Shown here piece after piece: positions 20,020 to 32,014 of a stretch of DNA of 33,834 nucleotides (position 1 is the stretch's first letter; every line of letters starts with the position of its first letter). The notes below the pieces were generated by a model, which did no database searches, was not told the DNA's origin, and saw nothing but the letters and a program-made list of their open reading frames with translations. The stretch lies in contig JALMLS010000238.1 of the NCBI GenBank assembly GCA_038496445.1, forward strand, positions 1 to 33,834. The letters run 5' to 3'. The DNA comes from Trichosphaerium sp. ATCC 40318. Lineage: Eukaryota; Protista; Tubulinea. The position numbers were made by a program, and so were the translations under genes.

Positions 20020-23000
20020 TTACTTAAATGGTGTCCAAGTGTTTTGGTCGAACATCTTCTTATACTCTTTTGCTTGCCAGTGTAAAGGTTGTCTTGTATG
20101 AGTGCTCAGCATATTTATATTTCCTGTTATACTCTCTGCATATTTCTTACACTTTCTTTTATCTTTTACATTTCGGAGGCGAGATAACTCCACCTAAGTG
20201 TATATTAATGTTAAGTACAAACTGTTAAAGAATTAAAAAAAGAGAAGTGCACCTTTTTTAGATTAGTACAGTTCTCTTCAATTACATCTAATGTCGCTTC
20301 ACTGATGGTTGTTCCTTTCAAACTCAAAAACAAGAGAGAAGGAAGTGGACAATCAAAATGACCTCTGAATGATTCATCATCAAGAGCACTGTTTCCATTG
20401 AGTATCATCGTTTCAAGATTATCAAGTGGATTATCACCCCAACTTATCTTTGATAGCTTGCTGAAACCACAAACAGATAGATACCTCAATTGAGGAGTTT
20501 GGAGCTTCAAACTTTCAATGTGAAACCATGTTTTAACTTTAGCTGTCAATTCTGTTCATAGTGTGATGTTAGAACAACCATAAATGCGTATGTAACAAAA
20601 ACTTACTCAAAGTCTTGAGACATGTATTGGATATACATATCTCTCTTGTTTTAGATGTAATTAATCGATTCTTGATAATAAGATTGTTGATAATAAGAGT
20701 CTCAAGGTTGACTAGTTTGTTGATAGTTTGAAAGGTTAAAGGCCTATTCAAGTCACCGGCATCTGTTATCTCCAAGTGTGTTATATTTCTTGTTCTATTT
20801 GAAAAGCAAGGGAAGCGTGAGTACTCTAGATACAACTCTTTCTGGAGAAAAAAATGATTAGATGTCTTTTATCTCAAACTAAAGATTTAAATTGTACAAG
20901 TGAAGGACAATCAAGTACTATTGAATTTAAATTGTCTAGAATACTTGCTGCAGAATATGTTTGCGAGATGTATTCTAGTTTATCATGGGAAAAACTCCAT
21001 TTGCTATCCCTAGTGTTGCCTTTTTTAGAGTGAAACATGAGGTATTTCACTGTGGGAAAGTTAGTAATGTTGCAAATGTTTTCGCAACCATCTATCTTAA
21101 TAGCTTCTAATGATGGGCAATTCATTAACAAATTGGCAAATGCTATTGATTCCATGTGTAGCAGTTTAAGTGATGGTGAGAATAGCTTCAACGCTTTTGC
21201 TGGGACATTCACACAACCGAATGATCCAACCTCTAAGTTTGGATAATGTACTTCTAGTTTATCTGGTATAAAACGCAACCATGCTTGCTTTAGATTTGGT
21301 GTATTGAGAGTTTCCTAAGTAACACGTTAAAACAAGTGTACTTCAATAAAAAAACATACAAGTCCTTCACAGTCATTACAGTCAAAGATCTGAAGTGTTG
21401 TTGATTCAATACATTCTGGTACTGCCTTTCCGCTATGAGTAGTTATTACAAGGGTCTTGAGTTGCTTTAGGAGTGAGGGGAATATCTAAAAATAACAGTA
21501 AATTGTTTGTGCTATAAAGCCTAAGTTAAGAAAGAAATAGCAATGCAGACTTGCACTCATAATAGAGTCATCACTAACATCATGGAGATATAATGTTGTG
21601 AGGTTTGGCATATTGAATTCTTTTATACTTGTACATGTATCGTAATCCAAATGCTGTAGTTTTAAAGATCTATTTGTATGTGTAAGCAAGAGTACAAATG
21701 GTATTGATAATGGAATAGTGTTTACGTCACTTGAGGAAGATCAAATATATAACCATCGCTCTGAAATATGATATGAAGTTGTAGTATCTCTAGACTCGGT
21801 ATCTTTTTAAGACAAGAAATAAATGCTTGTTGGTATAGATTGGAATGACTTTCAACTTTCAAGTGTTCTAACCTGCTAGAAGTTAGCTAACAGTACAAAA
21901 ATTCGCATTTGTACTCTATAAAATGGTGCACATTGTTTTCATTGATCATGTCAGTGTCCTGTAATTCACATGATAAATACCTCAAATGCTGCAGTTGTCT
22001 GTTGTTCAAATGGAACAAGTTAGTAAATAAAGCATTAAAATAGCATTCATACTCTTTGGTACATTTACTAATCTGTTCGTCAAGTGTTGAACGAAAGCCA
22101 AGTGAAACATCAAGCTCAGTGATCGGACACTCCGACATTATTTCATAAAAACAGTCCAATGAAAGTGACATCTTGTTAAAGCTAGACACAACCTACAGCT
22201 CAATGTTTGTATTCATATGGGTGAAGAGGTAAGGAGTACATTACAGTACGCACCAATGATTGAAGATTTTTAAATTGTTTTGCCATTTCTTTCAAAGCAC
22301 AACAATCGTCTTGTTGTAACTGCTTCGGAATAATACGTATTGATCCAATAGATTGTTTATTTGAGATCCTTTTGAGTGTTTTTCTAACAGAACCTGATTA
22401 GGCGTAAGTTACTGTGTGGAGAACTTGGCGTTTGGGTTCACTTACCTGAAATAGTGATTTGTTTGAGCAGGTATCTTTGACACATGTCAAGCCAGTATTG
22501 ACACACTAATTTACAGACACTGTGATTGCTATAGGGCAGAAAACTAATGATGTGCACAAGTACTTCCAGTGGTACAGTATCGTTTACCTTTTTTTTAAGT
22601 CAATAAGAATAAAATAAGAAATGAAACGTACACATGAGCCATTTGTGTTTGGCGAAACTCCTTGTTTTCTCTTTGTAGATGGTTGCTGAACATTATCAGA
22701 TAACGGCAGGCGTTGGACTTCATCTGTATTTGTACTCTACATCTGATTTAATACCAACGCTGACACGTGATACGAAAACGTGAGGCAAACAGAAAATTTT
22801 AAGTCAAAACTGAAAACGAGGTATTACGAGTCGGTGACCGAAATTTACCATGTGTACCGAGGTATTACGCAGTTTAGAGATTTCTTGACATAATAGCAGC
22901 CGCAAATCTTATTTTGACGTCAATTAGCACTCTTGCACGTTATTTTAATGCGTACTAGCGTTGATAGACATTGTATTTTTGATTCGTGCGCTTGTTAAAG

Positions 23001-23152
23001 ACATCAATTGTTTTCCGTCTAAATTCAACTCTCTGGTACCCGTTTAGTGTGGTTTGTTCGAATTAATCGTACTTTGCGTATTTTGACACTTCTCCAAGAC
23101 CCACGCTTTCTAACCAGCCACATACCTCATCTACGGACCAGTACCTATCCAT
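20020..23152 (-). CDS. SAM + F-box + LRR protein, copy 1
   Basis: SAM: MDRYWSVDEVCGWLESVGL..ELNLDGKQLMSLT..LRLLLCQEISKL. F-box: VPLEVLVHIISFLP..VCKLVCQYW. LRRs MPNLTTL, YPNLEV, CPSLEAI and TPQLRYL. Ends TWTPFK*. Confidence 0.88.
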
Positions 23153-23991
23153 AGCGGTTACCTAATTGCTTTTTAAGCAATTTTCAGCACGAACAGTTAA
23201 GTCAAAGAATTGATCTTTTTATTGACATTTTTTGAGCTCAATTTTGTTCATCACATGAGTAAGATTGAGACTTAAAAGAGTTGTTGTACCGTGTAATTCA
23301 TACTCAAGAGGTAAACAAGCACACATACTGTAGTGCAAACTCATACCTAAACCTTTTTCATCCCTCATGATAGTGGATGCTAGCATGTAATAAAACAGTT
23401 TTGGTTGTTAACATGAACTACTTAAGTTACAATTGTAAGTCTGGAGAGACAAAGTCGTCAGACTTCTTCGACGGTGAAAATATAGGTGACAAGAAAGTGA
23501 GAGACTTTGTACTGTTGCAACAAGAGCTACCCATACAAGTATGCAATCTCAACCCACCTCCTTACATCCCTAATTGCGAGTCAGAGGTCTGCCTCTTGCG
23601 GTAATGACACATTGCGTGTGTTAAAAATCACTTCTCGTTGTTAATTGTGTAAGTCGGCTTAGAAGCCAACCATTGATTGCTTTGCTGTAAAACGAGAGGA
23701 TTACCTTTTACTAACCTTCCTGTTTAGATTCAGTAATATATATAGATTTGGATATGTCGTTGTTGCTGCACTTAAAGTGGTCGCTCCTTTCAAGACAGGT
23801 TGCTGTTAACACAAGGTATGATACTGAGTTGACCTATCAGGGGAAATAAGTACAAAGAGAAAACAAGCGACTTGTATGTCATTTTTTAAGTTTGCAACTA
23901 TTCTCATATTTTTTTTTATTTGAAATTTAATAATTGTACAACTATATTGATGCTACACCGGTAGGACAAATATATCACGTGCTATACTAGT

Positions 23992-24108
23992 ATGCTCACA
24001 GGTTTTCGAGTCTGCGGAATTCTAGAAAAAAATCACGTGATAACATAATTTGTCGGCAGTAGAAACAATTATCATGTGTTTGCACTCCACTTAACATTCA
24101 CGCCGTCT
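23992..24108 (+). repeat. ~120 bp module, inverted copy of 16718-16843
   Basis: See the partner entry; contains atcacgtgat. Confidence 0.92.
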
Positions 24109-24378
24109 TATATCCCTTGCAGACTTAAGTGATAAACAAATTTCATCGTCAGCAAATTGATCGCAGTATTTTACCTAGATGTCAGAGTAGGTTGCTTACT
24201 TTAACATCTCCGAGCAATGTAGGTACTCGCCACTAGGGGTCAAAACTCACTTGTATCGCTTGTTGAGGTATCTTCCATGGAGATCAACAATGACAGCTCT
24301 AAAAAGGCGTGATTTTCACTAAAAAAGTGTTGCCTTAACTGATAATTGCTTAAAAGTCAAGCAGATTAGATAACCGCT

Positions 24379-27300
24379 ATGGATAGGCACTGGACCGTGG
24401 ATGAGGTATGTGGCTGGTTAGAAAGCGAGGGTCTTGAAGAAGTGTCAAAGCACGCAAAGTACGATTAAATAGAATAAAAACGCACTAAACCGGTACCAGA
24501 GAGTTGAATTAGACGGAAAACAATTGATGTCATTAACAAGCGCACAAATAAAAAATACAATGTCTATCAACGCTAGTACGCATTAATATAACGTGCAAGA
24601 GTGTTTAGTAACATTTAAATAAGATTTACGGCTTTTATTCCTTCAAGAAATCTCTAAACTACGGAATACCCTCTATTCAAAGCAAACACAAGTCTTTCGC
24701 ATAACGACGGTACGCATGGCAAAATACCGAAAGTCTGGTGTTATATTTTCTCAGTTTTCTGTGAACATTCCTTTGAACTTACTTTTCGCTTCTCATACGT
24801 ATTTATGCGGCTAACCAATTGAATGATATTTCGGATTGAGTTGTGTTCGTTATCTCTTTTGTGTTTGTTAACAAATTAATAGGATGACCATACACGTGAC
24901 ATAGCATTGTTACAACCTACAGAAAGACAACAACTATCTAGTTCAAGCAACGACACATCATCGTCAAATGAAGTTCATAAACCACAGCAACGATTATCTG
25001 ATGAGTCTGAGCAACCATCTCAACCTCCGTCTACCAAGAGAATACAACAAGTTGCAACAGCAAACACTTTATGTGTATGTACATTTATTTTCCCATCAGC
25101 AGAAACCTAACCATGTGTTTCACTTCTAGGTTAATGATACAGTGCCGTTAGAAATTCTTATACACATCATCAAGTTTCTGCCTTTTAGTGATCACGGTGT
25201 ATGTAAATTAGTATGTCAATACTGGCTTGACATGTGTCAAAGATACTTGCTTAAACAAATCACTATTTCAAGTACGTGAATAGCTTACAAACTCAACTTC
25301 TCTACACAGAAACTTACAACCTTCATTTTAGAAGCAGGTTCTGTTAGAAGCACACTCAAAAAGATTACGAACAAACCATCAGTTGGATCAATACGTATTA
25401 TTCCTGAGGGGTTAGACTATGATGATTGTCGTGCTTTGAAAGATATGGCAAAGGAATTCAATAATCTTCAATCATTGGTGCGTACTGTACAACAATATAA
25501 TAGCACCTGGTTGCTACAAATAACATTGAAGCACTCACCAAAAGCCCGTGTGACAACGAGGGTATCCTCACAATGGAAGCTATCCCTTGGCATTGACTAT
25601 TGACTAGTGCCAAAGTATAATGCATTGTTGATTCTAATTTGCAGCAATAGGTTGTTGATAGCAAAGAATACTTTACAGGACAATTTCAAAAGGTAAACTC
25701 ATACTAAACAACCTCCTTTCTTAGCTGATTTTTAAGTTTTCATGGGATTGGGTTGATGAAGTAATGACAGAGTGCCCAATAGCTAAGCTTGATATTTCAT
25801 TAGGTGAATATTCAATGCTTGACGACAGTCTTGCCTATTTTACCAAAGAGTACAGCCTTGCTTTTTTAAAATGTCATGTTAACTGAAATACAACAGACAA
25901 TTGCAACACTTGAGGTATTTATCATGCAACCTATGTAGTGGAAAGACAATTGATGATAGTAATGTGCATTATTTCAAAGAGTAAGGAACATCCCATCAAG
26001 ACAAGTTAACTGACTTTTAATACACAATAGGCTAGAACACTTGAAGGTTGAAAGTCATTTAATGCTAAAACAACAGCCATTTATTTCTTGTCTTAAGAAG
26101 ATACCAAGCCTAGAGATACTACAACTATATATCAAAAAGTACAGTGGTACTGGTGGATATATATTTGATCTACCTCAAGTGACGTACATCTAATAACAAT
26201 CTTTTTTTTGGTTATCTTACTTCATTGCATTAAACTGTTTACTATCTAGATCTTTACACCTTGCAAGTTGTTCTGTAAGTGACAATATAAAAGAATTTAA
26301 TATGCCAAACCTCATTGTATTATCTCTGTTTCAAATTGCTGATGACACAATTATGAATGTAAGTCAGCATTTGCCTTGCTATTAATTTCTTTCACAACTT
26401 TCACTTTACTTTTACTAATTCCCATATCCTACTACACTTCTTGCCTAAACCGCTTACTGTTACTTTTAGTTATTTCCCTCACTCCTAAAGCAACTCAAAA
26501 CACTCAAAGTAAGAAGAAGCGCACTACCAGCACATATTGAATCAACAACACTTGAGATTTTTGACTGCGATGATTGTGAAGGACTTGTATGTTTTAATTA
26601 GATTTCTATTGCTAGAACAGTCATCTTAATGTCTTGATTAGAAAACTCTCAATACACCAAACCTAAAGCAAGTGTGTTTAAAGCACATACCAGAAGTGTA
26701 TTATCCAAACTTAGAGGTTGGATCATTTGTTACTGGTTGGGTAGCTAAACCAGAAGAGGTAAAGCTACTCTCACCATCACTTAAATTACTACACATACAC
26801 TCATTAACATATGTCAACTCATCAATTAACTGCCCGTCATTGGAAGCCATTATGCTAGAAGATGGTGAAGATATCTATAACATTGTTAACCTTCCTACAG
26901 TGAAATACCTCATTCTTCACACTAAGAATAGAAAATGGAGTTTATCCCATGATAAACTTGAATACATCTCACAAACAAACTCTAAACATAGTCACAAAAC
27001 TAATTCAGCAGTGATTGATTGTCCCTCACTTGTACGATTTAAATCTTTAGTTTGAGATAAAAGACATCTAATCTTTTTTTTCTCTAGAAAGAGTTGTATC
27101 TCAGGCAAACAAAGTTTCCTCTTCTTTCAAATAGAACACGAGATATAACACACTTGGAGATAACAAATGTTTATGCCTTCAATAAGCCTTCAACCTTTCA
27201 TACTATCAGCAAACTAGTCAACCTTGAAACTCTTATTATAAACAATCTTATTCATATATATGGCAAGGACATGAGTATATCTAATACATGTCTCAAGACA

Positions 27301-27928
27301 TTGAGTGCGTTTTTTAGACCACACTTATTCATTGGTTGTTCTAACAGTTTCCCAAAACAGAATTGACGACCAACAAACTTGTTACAGGTTTAAAGCTCGA
27401 GACACCTCAATTAAGGTTTATATCTGTTTGTGGTTTCAGTGAGCTATCAAAGATATGTTGGGGTGATAATCCACTTGATAATCTTGAAACGATGATACTC
27501 AATGGAAACAGTGCTCTTGGTGATGAATCATTCAAAGGTCCTTTCAAGAAGTTTCCATTTCCTTCTCTTTTGTTTTTGAGTTTGAAAGGCACAGCCATTA
27601 CTTCACAGACATTAGACATAATTGAAGAGAATTGTACTAATCTCAAATCAGTAAGTGCATTTCTTCCATAGTTCATACTATCAACGTTAATAACATTTAG
27701 GTGGACTTATCTCGCCTCAGTAATATTAAACCCAAAAGTGAATGCAAAAAATATGCAAAGAGGATAACAGGACAAACGAAGATCCAAGTAAATAAAACAG
27801 ATGTACCAAGAGCGCCAACAAGACAACCTTTACACTGGCAAGCAAAAATATACAAGAAGAGGTTGGACTGGAGAACTTGGACACCGTTCAAATGCAACAA
27901 AATGGATAAATACCGAAATAGAAACTGA
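24379..27928 (+). CDS. SAM + F-box + LRR protein, copy 2 (1 bp deletion in exon 2, possibly disrupted)
   Basis: MDRHWTVDEVCGWLESEGL and VPLEILIHIIKFLP..VCKLVCQYW, with LRR exons collinear with copies 1 and 3. It reads gaattagac where the paralogs read gaatttagac. Confidence 0.82.
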
Positions 27929-28393
27929 AAGCCAGTTTGTATTGTATTGGTTAGAAAACGTTGTGACAATGAACAATATAAGTGTGCTTCTAAAGTAATA
28001 TTTTGTTTGATGATTGAGTACCATGATAGGGTGTCTATTAAATACAAGACATGTTGAATCTAGTACTGTTAAGTAACTTAACCAGGAACAACTTTCCTCC
28101 GATAAATCGCTATTGTGTACATGACATTGTGATGTTGTTATGACCATTGTAGCTTAAGCCCTAGTGTATCCGAATAAAACAAAAGAAAAAAACCTGGAGC
28201 ACGTGACACTATTAGTTTAGGCCCACATGAGCAGAGACTAAAAACCAGGAATTGCATTTTTCTAAACTGATGTGCTAGTGAGCATAGATTAAAAAATACT
28301 TGCAAAAACCTTTGTTCATGATACCGTTTGGTGTCAAAGTTTTTCATGGAAGTCAGACAAATCTAAAGAAGCAGTATTTATTTCATTTTATTC

Positions 28394-31300
28394 TCACTTA
28401 AATGGTGTCCAAGTGTTTTGGTCCAACATCTTCTTATACTCTTTTGCTTGCCAGTGTAAAGGTTGTCTTGTATGAGTGCTCAGCATATTTATATTTGCTT
28501 GAATTTCCTTTTGTCCTGTTATCCTCTCTGCACATTTCTTACACTTTCTTTTATCTTTTACATTACGGAGGCTAGATAAGTCCACCTAAATGTATTTTAA
28601 TGATAGATAGTACAAACTGTTAAAGAATTAAAAAAAAGAGAAGTGCACACCTTTTTTAGATTAGTACAGTTCTTTTCAATCAATTCCAATGTCTGTAAAG
28701 TAATGGCTGTGCCTTTCAAACTCAAAAACAAAAGAGAAGGAAATGGAAACTTCTTGAAAGGACCTTTGAATGATTCATCACCTAGAGCACTGTTTCCATT
28801 GAGTATCATCGTTTCAAGATTATCAAGTGGATTATCACCCCAACATATCTTTGATAGCTCATTGAAACCACAAACAGATATAAACCTTAATTGAGGTGTC
28901 TCGAGCTCCAAATTTTCAAGGGAAAATGATGATTTAGTGTTAGCTATCATCTCTGTTGACATTAGAACAACCAATGAATGAGTATTGTCAAAAAAAAACG
29001 TACTCAAAGTCTTGAGACATTTATTGGATATACACATGTTACTTCCAAACATATGAATAAGATTGCTGATAATAAGAGTTTCAAGGTTGACAAGTTCCTC
29101 GATAGTATGAAAGGTTGAAGGCCTATTCAAGTCACCGGCATCTGTTATCTCCAAGTGTGTTATATTTCTTGTTCTACTTGAAAAGCAAGGGAAGCGTGAG
29201 TGCTCGAGATACAACTCTTTCTAGAGAAAGAAAAGATTAGATGTCTTTTATCTCAAACTAAAGATTTAAATTGTACAAGTGAAGGACAATCAAGTACTAT
29301 TGAAGTTAAATTGTCTTTGGCTTTTTCTACTGTTTGTGAGATGTATTCTAGTTTATCATGAGATAAACTCCATTTTCTGGCCTCAGCCTGAAAAATGAGG
29401 TACTTAACAGTAGGAAGAATAGCAATCTTACTAACGTTATAACAACAATCTACCATAATGGCTTCCAATGATGGGCAATTCATTGACAAGTTGATTTTTT
29501 GTTAATGAGTACACACGTAACAATCTAAGTGATGGTGGTAGTAACTTTGCTTCACCAGTAGCCCAATATCCAACCTCTAAGTTTGGATAATGTACTTCTA
29601 GTTCATCTGGCACACTACCCAACAATGCTCGCTTTAGATTTGGTGTATTGAGAGTTTTCTAAGTAACTGACATTAAAACAAGTGTACTTCAATAGAAATC
29701 TGATTAAAACATACAAGCTTTCGACAGACATTTTTGAGTGTTGTTGATTCAATATGTTCTAATGTGCTTTGCCTCACTTTCAGTGTTTTGAGTTGCTTCA
29801 GGAGTGAAGGGAATACCTAAATATAACAGTAAAGTTGCAAGCAAACAAAAGTTAAAGATCATCTGATACTGACTTACATCCAATGTTGAGTCATCATTAA
29901 CATCGTCAAGAGATAATATGGTGAGGTTTGGCATATTAAATTCTTTTATGCTTGTACATTCATACCCTAAATTTAGTAGCTTTAAAGATCTATTTGTATG
30001 TGTAAGCAAGAGTAAAACAAATGGTATTAATAATGGAATAGTGTTTACGTCACTTGAGGAAGATCAAATACATAACCATCGCTCTGAAATATGATATGAA
30101 GTTGTAGTATCTCTAGACTCGGTATCTTTTTAAGACAAGAAATAAATGGCTGTTGATGCTCTGAATTACTTCTAACTTTTAAGTGTTCTAACCTGTTTGT
30201 GGTGTCAACAAACAAATATACAAATAAAATGAAAGCAGGCTATGTCGTACTGTTTGAAGTAGTGTACAGTTTTTTCATTGATCATGTCAGTATTCTGTAA
30301 TTCACATGATAAATACCTCAAATGCTGCAGTTGTCTGTTGTTCAAATGGAACAAGTTAGTAAATAAGAAATCCATTAAAACAGCACTCATACTCTTTGGT
30401 ACATTTACTAATCTGTTTGTCAAGTGTTGTATAGTCAAGTGAAACATCAAGCTCAGTGATTGGACACTCCGACATTATTTCATAAAAGCAGTCCAATGAA
30501 AGTGACATCTTGTCACAGCTAGACACAACCTACAGCTCAATGTTTGTATTCATATGGGTGAAGAGGCAAGGAGTACATTACGCACCAATGATTGAAGATT
30601 TTTAAATTGTTTTGCCATTTCTTTCAAAGCACAACAATCGTCTTGTTGTAACTGGTTCGGAATAATACGTATTGATCCAATAGATTGTTTATTTGAGATC
30701 TTTTTGAGTGTTTTTCTAACAGAACCTGATTAGGCTGTAAGTTACTGTGGAGAAGTTGATGTTTGGATAGGTACACGCACTTGAAATAGTGATTTCTTTG
30801 AGCAGGTATCTTTGACACATGTCAAGCCAGTATTGACACACTAATTTACAGACACTGTGATTGCTATAGGGCAGAAAACTAATGATGTGCACAAGTACTT
30901 CCAGTGGTACAGTATCGTTTACCTTTTTTGTTTTAGTCAATAAGAATAAAATAAGAAAAGAATTACGTACACATGATCCATTTGTGTTTGGCGAAACTCC
31001 TTGTTTTCTCTTTGTAGATGGTTGCTGAACATTATCAGATAATGGCAGGCGTTGGGCTTCATCTGTATTTGTACTCTACATCTGTTTAATACAATACTGA
31101 CACGTGATAAGTTCTCGTGGCAAAAAGAAAATTTTTAAGTCAAAGTGAAAACTTATTCCTGGTGACCCACGTGATATAAAAGTAGACTATTGTCGCAAAG
31201 GACAAAAGCTTCAAACTACGAACAACAGAGAGTAAAACTGAAAATGAGGTATTATACATACTGGTGCTATGCGAAAGAGTGTTTGCTTTGAATTGAGGAT

Positions 31301-31589
31301 ATTCTGCAGTTTAGAGATTTCTTGAACGAATAACAGCCGTAAATCTTGTTTTGACGTCAGTCAACACTTTCACGTTATTTTAGTGCGTACCAGCGCCGAT
31401 AGACATTGTATTTTTTATTTGTGCGCTCGTTAATGACATCAATTGTTTTCCGTCTAAATTCAACTTTCTAGTAGCATTTTAGTGCGGTTTTGTCTAAATT
31501 AAATTGTACTTTGCGTGCTTTGACACTTCTTCAAGACCCACGCTTTCTAACCAGCCACATACCTCATCTACAGTCGAGTACCTGTCCAT
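28394..31589 (-). CDS. SAM + F-box + LRR protein, copy 3 (+1 frameshift in a T-run near 29495-29500, possibly disrupted)
   Basis: MDRYSTVDEVCGWLESVGL. The F-box exon is nearly identical to copy 1. One LRR exon is split between ORFs 29437 and 29253. Confidence 0.82.
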
Positions 31590-32014
31590 AGCGGCAATCT
31601 AATTGCCTTTTTAAGCTATTAACACAAACAGTTAAGCTCAGTCTCGGACCAAACTACAACTGTTTGTGGCACACAAATTTACTAGCTTTAAGCTGTAAGA
31701 GTTTCGTTGAACCGAAAAGATGTAACTGTAGCTTTCATGGATAATGCCAACTTCAATCCAGAATCCTACACGTCATCACTTGTTTACGTCAGTTCAAGAT
31801 GAGTTTTGGAACATTTTGTTTTTTGTTTTATTTTTACATACAATACATTACATGTGTTTAATACCATTATGTGGCTCAATCCTTAAGTAAGGCTTAAATA
31901 CTTTAATTATGCCTTTCAGCGCGATTGATAGCAGGTTATAGTCGAGAGAATCACCATAAAAGTAGTAAAAAAGACGTTGTCTTTTTTCTTTTTTTCTTTT
32001 TTTCTTGGATGGAT

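Noticed and set aside
23255-23830. Possible spliced gene between copies 1 and 2
   Set aside because: It has splice-like sites, but an early stop and no recognisable domain; I could not build a model.
27407-28894. Near-identical antisense ORFs 27407(-) and 28643(+)
   Set aside because: They are shadows of the shared 220 bp tract in copies 2 and 3, not separate genes.
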